Shown here one piece after another: positions 52,801 to 64,000 of a stretch of DNA of 64,000 nucleotides. A program made the translations under genes and the position numbers. Source of the DNA: Epiperipatus broadwayi (lineage: Eukaryota > Animalia > Onychophora); assembly GCA_028023455.1 (NCBI GenBank), contig JAQFVV010000003.1:18104001-18168000 (forward strand). Reading direction: 5' to 3'. A model generated the notes under the pieces. The model saw only the letters and a list, made by a program, of their open reading frames with translations. It made no database searches and had not been told where the DNA came from. The first letter of the stretch is position 1. Every line of letters starts with the position of its first letter.

Positions 52801-54599
52801 CAGTCATGATGTATATGATTGTCTTTTTTATATTCTGTGTGGTACATTAATTTTCCAAATAAAAGAAAATGTAGTCTCTTGCAAATCAGTGAATATAAGC
52901 CAGTAAACAGATCTACATTTGATAGTGGCTAGATTGTTTTGTTGTATCCTGACAAAATTTTTAGCTACCATTACTATATGAAAATTATCCCAACAAGTAA
53001 TCTCAGTTAGTAAGTCAGATGTTAATAACCAATAAGGATTTATCAATTGACTGTTACACTTATATTATCACTAGTGAAACTCGATTAACATTTGAGCAGC
53101 AGCAAATTCAACTTAGGAATCTGACCATACTGCCATCTAGTTTCTTGAATTTAATCATTGTTTACATTATAGCTGATATTAGAAATGAGGAAAATTAAAA
53201 CTTCAATGTTTGTTAATTTTTTTTTTTTTTTTTAAGAATAATTACAGAAATTTAAAGATCATAGATCCTTAGCAGTCATTTATATGACCATCATCCTAAT
53301 TTAAAAAAAAGATACTCTTATACTTATTTGCTTATACAAAACAAAAAGTAGAGAAAAGGTTGGCATCAGAATTGCTGTGCATATGATTAAAAAATGAAAA
53401 TATAATTGCATAAACACATAATTCCATTTTGACAGATTTGAGAAATAACCAATAAGATTAGAGATTTATAATAACTGGGCCTTATACAAACTTAAGTCAA
53501 TATAATAAAGTAAGATAAAAAATGGGTGAGAATAAGAGAAGAGTACAGACACAAATATATATACATGTCTGGTAAAATACACTTTGCATGTCCATAAAAG
53601 GTATGATAAAATGTTTAAAAGGCCATTCCAGGGAGACAATTCCTTAATGAGAAACAGTTAAGCAGGCTTGCTAATACTTTTGAACTCAGAACAGTTATCC
53701 ATTTATCAACCAGTAATGAATGATTGGCTAGGTTTGTTGTGGACTAGATATGTGAAAGAAAAATTTTAAACAAGTTGGAAAATTTTTTCAAAATAACTCT
53801 GCCCATTCCAACCCATGTTATAGGCATGATAAGTTATTGTTGTACATAAAGCTTTAAATAAATATTTAGTTTTCACTATGTATATATAGATTACTCTAGT
53901 ATTTATGATTATTGCAACATTACCCTTATATTTTTCCGGCAATTTGATTGTCAACTTTCCATTAAGGGACTGCACTCCATAAAGTATGTTGAAAAATTAC
54001 AAACCAGTTAAAAAATTTGTAATAAATGTATTTTTATTATGATACAGTGAGTAGCCATGCATATATATATATATATAATAAAGATTTTTTAAAAAAAGTT
54101 TCTCATGTTGCAAGCATCAAAAAATAATTTTGTAATTGTTCTTATAAATAGCAAATATAAAAAGTGTACTTGGCAGATATTTTGCTTCCTAGTCTAAAAA
54201 TTGATTTATTATTTACCAACTGAAGGTAACCTTGAAATACACTGATAAAATTGTTTATTTTTCTCTTATCACTGATCAGGTTTTTAATGATTCTTGTAAT
54301 AATGTAAAAATTAAATATTTACTCAATTTTTTATCTTTTAATTTATGAATATTTGGGAAGGGGGGGGGATTTTTTTTCGTTATGTATAGTTGCTATTTAT
54401 AAGTGTGGATTCTAACGTATCCCTGTATTAAAATTTAGATTTTTGTGGAAAAAATTTACTAGATTTATTATGATATTGTTACTTTTTTTATGCAGTTTAA
54501 TTTATATTGCAATATTATGACTTCTATTGTAAGATTCTTCTGAGGTTGATAATTTCTGATGACTTTATATATAATAATAACTGTTTGTTGTTTTTTTTT

Positions 54600-54870
54600 T
54601 TTTTTCAATGGGATATTCTTGCAGGTTGCATCTTTACAGCTTCTATTATTTTATCAGTATCTGGATCCCCTTGTTTTTTTCTTTCAACTTTACCTATCAG
54701 ATAACTTTTTCTCCATTGAAGTATTAATTTCTATCACATATTTAAAATGTTGATTTCTTCAATGATGGTTTATTAATTTTATTTTCTGAACAGTTTCTCT
54801 TCAATCTTCAAATTGACTTATAATATTGCCTAATTTCTATGACCACTTTTTAGCTAATTGGCCTTTTTGA
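54600..54870 (-). mobile_element. Degenerate RTE-like 3' remnant
   Basis: Reverse complement translates to LIGKVERKKQGDP, resembling the RTE motif LEGKVEGKRxRGRP. A possible upstream RT trace (GEVSRRFMV) lies near 56150. Confidence 0.35.
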
Positions 54871-57800
54871 AGGTAATTGCATGGTTTTACTATCACTTAA
54901 TGCCCATTAATTTTACTCCTTGCTTATATTTACAGCTTCTAAAGTTATGAAAATTAGAAGAAAGATATATTATTTGCTCTAAATAGAAATGGAAGTTTTT
55001 TTTTTTTTGTTGAGTTACACAATTATGTATCAATTCTAGGAAGACTGATGATGTTCTCGTTTTTGTTTTTATTGAGACAATTCATAAAACTGGAGCTTTT
55101 TTTTGTCAAAATGATGACATGAATAATGTTAAATGACTATTTCTTCCATATTGCAGTAGAATAAACATTGATGATCAGGTTTTTTATAAAAAATCTTCAA
55201 TATTGAAAACTATGTGGTATTCATTATTAGCCTCAATCCAATCTTGAACTACTATTATTCAGCAATAGTCTTAATTTAGTTGTAGTAGTATCACTATCTA
55301 ATACTAAAGTTTTTTTAAAATCACTTGGATATCATATCTTTTTACAAACATGATATCTGCCCAGTTTGAAAGTTTCTACAAATTATTGTTGATCCACTAC
55401 CAAGAAAATGTCTCTCCATGTTTATTTTAGTACTTTCACTCATTTCTTTTTTGCTTCACTCCACCAAACTTTCTTATCTCATTTATCTACATCATAAATT
55501 CTCTCTCTAGATTTTTTCACATTTGAATATAATTGAAGATTTTATGATCCATCAATATTTATCTTTTTTACCTTTTATTCTGCTAAGTTCTATTTTAACC
55601 TCTTAATTTTGATTGTGGTAATTCTCTCATCCATTATTTGTTCTCAGTCCTGTCTTATTAATCCTAATTTATATCTTTCTATGTAATTAGCCTTAAATAT
55701 GCATACTTATTTTTTCCCCATTTTTATAGATATATACCATTAACTTTTCTCACAATCTGCTCTAATACTAAATCAGCGACTTATCTCCACACAGTATTTG
55801 CATTTCAAATTAAAATAATCAAATTTTATTTAACAGAATGCATAGTGATTATTCTTGGTAGCAAAAATCAGTTGTACATACTGAAATATGTATCTTCATG
55901 ATGCTAAATTCTCTGTCCAAATCCAAAAAAAAAAGGTAGATAGAGTATTATTCTGAGTAAAACACTTCATCGTTAATGTGAATTTCTCAATATTATTTAT
56001 TCTAGTATTTTAATATTTATCGATGCATTAATAACTAATAATCCCCTTCAATTATTAAGATGACTTAAATTCTGAAATATTAATCAGTAATGCAATACTT
56101 TCAATTATCAGTGTTTGAAGTTCTCTGCAAACCATAAATCTCCTCGATACTTCACCACTAACGTCCTATTAAAGCATCTTTTTCATGTAATATGCAAATT
56201 TGCTATGTTATTATGATGGTACTGATTGAAGACAGCTCACTTGTATTAGGAATAATTCTCTTGATTCCAGTGCCTTTTATTCTAATCTTGAAAAATCTGT
56301 GGGCAAAAGCCATAAATCAGGCATGGATAGAATAGCACTTGTTGTGAATGCTAATAGCACTAACATTTAATTGTATTGATTACTCAAGCTTATAATAGAT
56401 GGCTCTCAAGTAGAGTGAAGATTATTCCTAAGAGTATTTGATATGTGTAAACAGAGGTAATAATGATGTTTTTTGAAATATGGATATACTGACTGATATA
56501 AATCACTAAAGATAGAATACCATGACAGTAATTAGTAATAATACAATACTATCTGAACATGCCTGGAATTACAGCATATATAGCAAGTTACAGATAAACT
56601 TCAATATAAAACATTTAATTTGTTTAGATTATTCTTTGAACTGAAAAATAAAGAAAATATATATTGGTGTGAGACACTAAAGAATTGTATACAGTGAAAT
56701 AATATGTTGTTGTTTTTTAAAATCAAACTAATTCAATGACTAGCTTACATTTAATCTACATTGTAGTAATTGTCCACTTTACTTTCTCTGGTGTGATCTA
56801 TGCAAGCATGAGTAATTAATGGAAAGCAAAATAAACTACTGTTTATAATATGGTTCTAATATTACTTTGAAGCCTTTGGGTGTTTATATTTGTTAGTTAA
56901 CATTATTAACTCACCTGACTAATAATTTAGCACTTCTGAATATTAATTCAGAATATCAATATTATCATAGTCTTGTGACATCAGAATACCTGCAATGGTT
57001 TGATCAAATGAGCTTTTACCCTTTTCTTTTCTTAGTTGAAATCAACCAAGAAATCTTCAGCTTTTGAGTTCACAATTTTTCACCATTGGATTAAATAAAC
57101 TAACTCTTAGTTATTATAATTAAATATCTTCGATGATAATCATTGTGTCATTTGAAATTAGCGTTAAAAGTATGTTTGTATTTAGATGTCATAATTTGCA
57201 ACTGTATTTAATTCTCTGATAGTTTTATTATAAGTAAAGTTTATATATATATTATAATAATCATCTCATCTCAAATTAAACCTTTTTCTATGAAGCTTTG
57301 TTTATCTTGACATTTCAATTGGGAATTTTCTTAATCCATCAGTTGTCCAGGTTTCTTACTATGCTTTTATCCCATCCCCTTTTTTTTTTAATTTTATAAT
57401 TCCATTGCTAGCAATAACTGAGTTTATATTTATTTTTCTAGTTCTTTTTGTTATTTTTAAAATAAGTTTTTTTCAAGCTTTGGTTAAGATTAAGTACTTT
57501 TTTTTCTAAAGTAAGAATGTAGTTTCTTTAAATAATACCCAGTATTCCTAATACTTTAAAGGCATTTTCCCCTTTATACTTATCTTACTGATATAGGCTT
57601 GTTAAAGTTTTTGGTATAGATTTAACATTTGAGATTTTAGAATAGAGTGTAAAGAAAATGAATGACAAGCAATGGCAAATTTTTGATTTTGTCAACTGTG
57701 AACCTATTTTACATCACATCACATAACAAATTATCACTGATGATTAAGTATTATTACTTGGTCATAGTGCTGTATTTTCAAATTAAATTATATCTTGAAG

Positions 57801-58539
57801 CATACAATTTAGCATATATAGACATTCTATCTTTCCAAGTGCTTTAATTAGTATCATTTCAGTAAATTAACATTAATCCCTCCCCCTTTGAGTAGTTGTC
57901 TCAATAGTGTAAAATTTTTATTTGGTAATCCTAGGATGCTTTTGGTTCAAAGTACCATATTCATGACTTAAATGAAATGTAGTTTACTTTTAATTTCAGC
58001 CATAAATATGCTTAATCTTTATCGAAAGCATGCTAGTCTTATTAAATAAAACTTTTACCCGATAAAGTATAACATTTCTAATGTTTATTTATTATATTGT
58101 AAAAAATAAGCTATTAAATAACCAATGCTGGATAGAGGTCTCTCCATCAGTAGCCTTAGATAGAAATAGTAATGGAGAAGGCCTTACTCATTACCAATGC
58201 TCTATGATGCGAGTTTAGATTTTACATCTTCATTTTATCCTCTAACTGGAAATAGATAGACACCTGTTTATCAATCAATACTGAATGACTAACTGGATTT
58301 CTTTATGGGCTATTTATCTGTATTCAAAATTCCTAAGTTTGTCTGGAACCTTAAAAAATTTTCCAAGTTGTATTGGGTCTGTATATGAAATTGGAGTTGT
58401 GGATATTATATGTGAATATGTCAATCTCTATAGCGAAAGCATTAAAATTTATTATTGCTCAATTTCTTTTTAACCATTTAGAAAAAAAACATTGTTTTAA
58501 AAAATATATCATTTCTAATCTTTTTTTTAAATCAGTCTG

Positions 58540-58760
58540 TAGTAAATGGCTTCTTCTAATTGCCACACCTCTCTTATAGTCTATAAATCTTCCTGAAAAT
58601 TTCTTTCCTAATTCATTTCTTCTTGCCAACTTCTTTTTGGATATCCTCCATCCCCATTGGTATCCAGTTTAATATTTATTTTGATAATTTTTCTTGAGAC
58701 ATTCTCTGTTTATATTAGTACTATTCCAGTTGTCTTACTTTAATTTCATTCATTACAGTA
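58540..58760 (-). mobile_element. Degenerate RTE-like 3' remnant
   Basis: Reverse complement translates to EIKVRQLE*Y..QRMSQEKLSK*ILNWIP..GYPKRSWQ, resembling the RTE motif QLxWYGHVxRMxxxRLPKxILxWxPxGxRxRGRPxxxW. Confidence 0.5.
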
Positions 58761-59309
58761 TGTTCAAAATTCATTATTTCTTGAATTCTTTTATTATTTC
58801 TTCATTCTCTCCTCCACTTTCATATAAATCTTGATTTATAATCAAAGTTTTCATACTCTTAGTGAAAAAAAATTATTAAATTTTTTATCTGTGTATCTAT
58901 CTGACTTTGTTTATCTATATTTGTCTGCCTTTCTTCCTATATATATATCTATTCATTTATTCTTCTGTCTCCATATATTTATCCATTTATCTATTTATAT
59001 ATATCCATCTATCAATTTATCTATCCGTTGATCTAGTTATCTGGTAAGGAAATAAACAAATAAATAGCTTGAAAGGCAATTAGTTTAATTAATATTATAT
59101 TTATAGTTGTTATTTCTTAGTATTTAAAAATATTTTAAAACCATTAAAACATCACAGGATTTATGACATGTCTTCAGTTTACACATTGCTGTTTTAGTAG
59201 CAAACTTTTCCACCAGTAACAATGGGGTGGAAAAGCTTGATAGAATAACATAGAAGTAAATGGTAGACATTAGGTCCCAAAATCCAGTTGCACTATTTCA
59301 AAATCCAAA

Positions 59310-59353
59310 GCTCCTCACTGATGAAACCTCTAAGTTTGAAACTAGTCTAGGGA
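59310..59353 (+). ncRNA. Minimal type I hammerhead, family 1 variant
   Basis: CTCCTCA-CTGATGA-AACCTCTAAGTTT-GAAA-ACTAGTC-TAGGGA. Both core motifs are intact, stem III is palindromic (ACTAGT), and there is one extra A. Confidence 0.6.
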
Positions 59354-60399
59354 TTTTGGGTAGGAAAACATGGCATATGGATTTATTAAGAACTGCTATC
59401 TGACAACTATCATTGCTTCTAAAGCTTACATTAAATGACAAAAAGAAGGTGAAAAATATGCTATTAAATATTAAATTGTATATTTATTTATGGTTGTGAA
59501 ATGTAGACTTTAATTACAAAATTGATATAGACTGTAATTTATACATGTGAATATTAGGAAAAGTTTGCTGGGAATAACAAGGTATAAAAATTAAAGAATT
59601 TATATAGTAAAGAATTTGAATATAGCAAAAAAAGAATAATTGAGGGTCTGGCATAGTTTTTAACTGAATACAAAGAGATCATTAGCTTCATCAAAAAAGA
59701 TGCTATCTAATAAAGAATATTGAGGTTAAGAAGTCTGCTAAATAATTGAATGGTTAATTGTTTAGGAGATCATGTGATATTCAAATACTTGAAGTGACAT
59801 TGAATTTTACTCAGGAATTTCAACTGCATAAGACATAGGTCTCTGTGAAGAAGTGTTAAAAAAGCTGCTTAGGAGTTCATAAATAATTTGAACACTGAAA
59901 GTAACAGAACTGAAGGTGTTATCTATACATGAACTTGAGCTCCAAAATTCACAAAATCACACAGGACTATAAAGTGATGATTTTTTATTTTCTAATGGAC
60001 TATAATTGAGCTGTGCTGGAAACATTTGCGCTTGAGCGTACTTGATTACCATCAGTGCTTCTCTTTCACTATGTTCTCTAATATTAATATGATAAAACCA
60101 ATGGGAAAACTTGAACTTATCCTGATATGTCTTAAACCAAGCAGGAGTAGTATACTTACAGAGTTTCTAAAAAATTTAGGACCAAAACCTAAAGCATGGT
60201 TGGCAAACTATTCATTATCATTATTCATACAGAAACTATTTCAAAAATTTGGCATAAAAATGAAACGAGCCATTTTAAACAAAAAAAAAAAAAGCTATGT
60301 TCCAAAAAATTATTGACCTAAATCATTTTTATGTACTCCCATATAATTTTTTTTGAAAGAATCCAAATTTTGCCAATAGTTGAAAGCCATCTGTTTATA

Positions 60400-61200
60400 G
60401 ATCAATCAGGGCTTGAACATTGTCTTTTAACCAATCCCATTGCAGAAAAGCTTTCAAATTAAATTAAAAACGGATGCTATCTTCATTGATCTAATCTCAG
60501 TTTAGGATTCTGTTTGGAAAAATAGTCTTCTAAAAGTTTCTAAAATTTTTGAATACACCTAAAACTAATTTGTTTGGTAAAATGCTCTCCAATAGAAAAA
60601 TTCCAAGTATTAAACATGATAATCATGGCAAGTACAAAATTTTACAGAATGGTCTACAATAGGATTCAATTGATCTTTTAAAAACAGAATACAGGAAATT
60701 CATATATGCTGATGAAATTATTTTGACTCTTGAAACTATTCTTTTCTGAAATAGAAAAGTTTTTCAATAAAGATATGAAAGGATTGGAATATTGTACCCC
60801 TTTTCCAATGAAAAGAACATTCTCAATTTTTCATCTAAACAATATGGGAACATAGTAATGCCGAAGTTATGTTTTTGCAATAATAGATTGGACCACAATC
60901 CTTCCATTTTTGTTTCATCATTTAGTTAAGATTAGATTAAAATTAATTTTTAAGAATATGCTGTTTAGAAAACTATCTGGCATTACTTGAGGTTGTGATG
61001 CAAATTTTTTATGGATAACTTATATTCTTCTGGTGATTACTATGTCCCTGTTTTGGAGAAAAAGTTTTGAGTATTCAATTAAAAATTACCATGAGAAATA
61101 CTACTGCTACACTCAAGTCTATTTCTTTGTAATTTCTTTCTATTCTTTCACATATTCCTCCATCAGATATTAGAAGTTGCCTCACTGAAAATATATAAAA
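60400..61200 (+). pseudogene. Degenerate non-LTR reverse transcriptase (motifs recall Ingi/Vingi-type elements; clade tentative)
   Basis: AIFIDLISV*DSVWKNSLLKV (60482), NGLQ*DS, FIYADEI (60699), DYYVPV (~61035) and LSHIPPSDIR (~61145). Confidence 0.6.
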
Positions 61201-63542
61201 AGCTGTTAAGCAAATCAGACTTATCAATAATTCAATATATATAAACAGTTGTTTCCCTACCTAAGTTTTTTTCTCAAATTCTATTCCCTTTTTTGGATGT
61301 TCAATCATGGCCTAAAAAGTTGAATTCTTATGAGATTTCCAAACAAATTTCTTTTTCTAAATCCAACAAAAAAGCTATATGGGTTTTATCTTCGTAAGAT
61401 GCAACTGAAGTCATATCAACAAATTTAGAATGACCCATACTTGTTATATCCATCTCTTTTATAAATGAAATTGAGCAAGTATTGACCTATGTAGGTGTGG
61501 AAAACTAACTATGAACCATATAGTGTTGAATCTGTGTCTATAGTGGCAGATTCTAAGGACTTAAATAAAGCCACTAATAAGTCTATTTCTAGTTAGAATC
61601 TACAGGTTTTTAATGATATTTTGTTAATAGCTAAACTCTTTTTTAAAAAAATGCTTATGGTAAATAAATTACTTATAGCTAGCTGTCTTCACTAAACCAT
61701 TATAGTTTATATTGAATCTGACAATAAAATTTTATGTATTTATGATTGTCAGTTACATTTGTTCATTAATTCTTTTATTTTTTAACACCTCTAATTGCTT
61801 ATTAAAATGTCAATGTTATAAGTAGTTAAATAATTTGCACAATAAATGGGAAGTATAATTTACTATATTACATTATGCTAAAGACTTATTGAATAATCCA
61901 AATTACATTAAGAAGATGAATGTGCATTAATTATACTTAAATAAACATTGCTTTTAAATTTAAACTTCAGTTTTTAGTTACTATACTTTGACAATTTTTT
62001 TAAATTTAAATTTATGGTTTATTGATTTAAACAAACCCCCCCCCCCATATGTGAACAAATCCAGTTAATTAGTTTTTATTGACATTTATTGATGTTTTAT
62101 ACTTGTAATTATTCCACCTTTTTTATCTATAGATTTTATTTTAAAGCAGCAAAAGCATTTGAAACTGATTAGCCAATCTTTTCTTGTAAATAATCAAATT
62201 TACAAATAGCTTGTTCGCATTGATTAATTGCAGGCTTATTAAGATAATACTTTAATTCATATGTACCTATAGGAGCTTCAGTATTTTATAATATAGCTCT
62301 ACATTTGAAAGGCTAAAATAAATTCTGTTAAGAATATGGCAAGCAATGGGAAATTTCAGCACCACTAACAGTCGAGTATTCTCAGTTATAGTAACCTATG
62401 GTCTATAGAAATAAAATGTAAGGTTTATCGTAATATACTGGTAGCACATATCCCACTTATTATGTTTATGATATGGGATTTGCATCCAGGATGAGTACGA
62501 CTCAAAAATTGTACCAGGTTTCAAACAGTTTGGGTTTTTTTTTCAGGCAGCCTACTCATACCTGATTTAATTAGTTATTCAAAATTTATAAATAAATAGG
62601 CATCATCTAGCTATTCCTAATAAATGAGTATAATAAGAATAGAAAAAGTTGGAATTCTCATCAACCACATTTGGAAAAACAGATAAGTAATCTCATTTTC
62701 TTAATTATTTTCATTTAGCAGATTATCAGAGGAATTATTTAAAAGTTTTATCCTACCATCATAATTATTAAAAGATACTCATAAATGAGTATGTCATTCC
62801 AATTCTTCAAGGAAAAAAAAACTACTTTAGAAATGAGTTTCTCAATGACTATAAATCTCTCTATGGAGCACAAATATATTAGAAAATAGAACACACTGAT
62901 CAAAATTTTTCTATTTGATATTTTGCAATACTGCTTTTTAATGTCTGCAGAAAATTTTTCTTTCTGAAATACTTTGTCTAACTGTAGTTCTCTGATATGT
63001 TCTATTCTTCGTCATAACTTTCCCATGGAAATAATCAACATTGCATTTCTTTAAAAGCCTTTAGAAAATCCTTATACCATAAAAGGGATATTTTATCACA
63101 AAATTTATGTTCAAGATCACCAGAAAATACTTTTTAGAAAATCTTGCATTGTTCATTTGTATGCATTGTTAATTCATTTACATGTCCAATCTAATGAAAG
63201 TATAATTTCACAATAATAGATTCTAATATCAGGTCCAACAAGCTTAAAAACTTATTGATTAGTTTTATGATCTAATCATTATATTTTTAAAACTTTATGG
63301 AGTGTTGTTAATTTGAATAAAACTTTTCTAATACCTTTATGTTCCATTGAGAGAGTATCCAATTTTTATTTCCATGCAATAAATCAGGTACTAGGATATT
63401 CAATCATTAGATTAAATCTACCAGGACAAGCCCAGCACTTTATCTAATGTATAACCATTAAGTAAAAATTTCAGAGTTTCTACATTAGATAGAGTGCTAG
63501 GCTTGTCCTGCTATTTTTAATCTAATGGTTGAATATCCTAGC

Positions 63543-63582
63543 ACCTCACTGAGGATGCCAGTAGTAGAAACCGGTCTGAGGT
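63543..63582 (+). ncRNA. Minimal type I hammerhead ribozyme, apparently intact
   Basis: ACCTCA-CTGAGGA-TGC(cagta)GTA-GAAAC-CG-GTC-TGAGGT. Stem I is a perfect 6 bp, stem III is palindromic (ACCGGT), and the cleavage triplet is GUC. Confidence 0.8.
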
Positions 63583-63912
63583 TGGGGTATTCTACAAAGC
63601 TTGTTAAGAGTTTGTTTTGCGAGCTCTATATATAACATTTGTAAACACAAGCTTATTAAATTAGCTCATGTGACATCTGACTTGATTTTTTTGTAATTTT
63701 ATTTTTTGCTATGATGGCTTTGGTGATTTTATATTGCTAAAGCTATTAATATATGGTGTATCTGAACTTAGTTCAGTCCCATATGGCTATTTAAGTTAAA
63801 TAGCTGGATTGGAAGACATGGATGTCTGAAAATTTCAGAGTTTCTACTTAATAGTTATATATTAGATAGGGTGCTGGCTGGTATTTTTAATCTAATGATT
63901 GAATATCCTAGC

Positions 63913-63951
63913 GCCTCGCTGAGGAACCAGTAGCAGAAACCAGTCTGAGGT
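63913..63951 (+). ncRNA. Minimal type I hammerhead ribozyme, second tandem copy
   Basis: GCCTCG-CTGAGGA-ACCAGTAGCA-GAAAC-CA-GTC-TGAGGT. The core is intact; stem II is weakened. Confidence 0.7.
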
Positions 63952-64000
63952 TGGGCGTATTCTACAAAGCTTGTTAAGAGTTTGTTTTGCGAGCTCTATA

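Larger units (their letters stand above)
63387..64000. mobile_element. Foldback plus tandem 370-bp hammerhead units (family 3), running off the window end
   Basis: Inverted arms 63387-63451 and 63481-63545. Direct repeat with CTGAGGA at 63549 and 63919. Confidence 0.8.

Noticed and set aside
60197-60212. hAT-like TIR CATGGTTGGCAAACT
   Set aside because: No partner TIR or TSD was found, so element limits cannot be supported.
62485-62515. Hammerhead-like CAGGATGAG-TACGA-CTC-AAAA
   Set aside because: Both core motifs are mutated, stems I and III are not evident, and I found no second copy.

Overview
Very AT-rich eukaryotic DNA, most likely invertebrate (inference from composition and TE content). 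No host gene can be identified; a single weak exon candidate is listed. The window is dominated by retroelements. (1) Two related non-coding TG...CA elements of 3.5 kb and 2.6 kb, each with a 4-bp target-site duplication (TSD). (2) A 5'-truncated, frameshifted L1/Tx1-type LINE flanked by a ~940-bp (AAT)n array upstream and an (ATA)n tail downstream. (3) A degenerate Penelope-like element (RT plus GIY-YIG) whose terminal repeat combines a tRNA-Phe-like head, carrying an intron-position insert, with a minimal hammerhead ribozyme. (4) Two further families of hammerhead-bearing 370-445-bp units, inserted as foldback or tandem structures; two copies of the ~445-bp family carry 12-14-bp TSDs. (5) A second 5'-truncated LINE on the minus strand, plus several RTE-like and other RT remnants. 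(6) Six copies of a short tRNA-Gly(TCC)-derived SINE and two hAT-type MITEs. All alignments, translations and RNA folds were done by eye; no database search or folding program was run.
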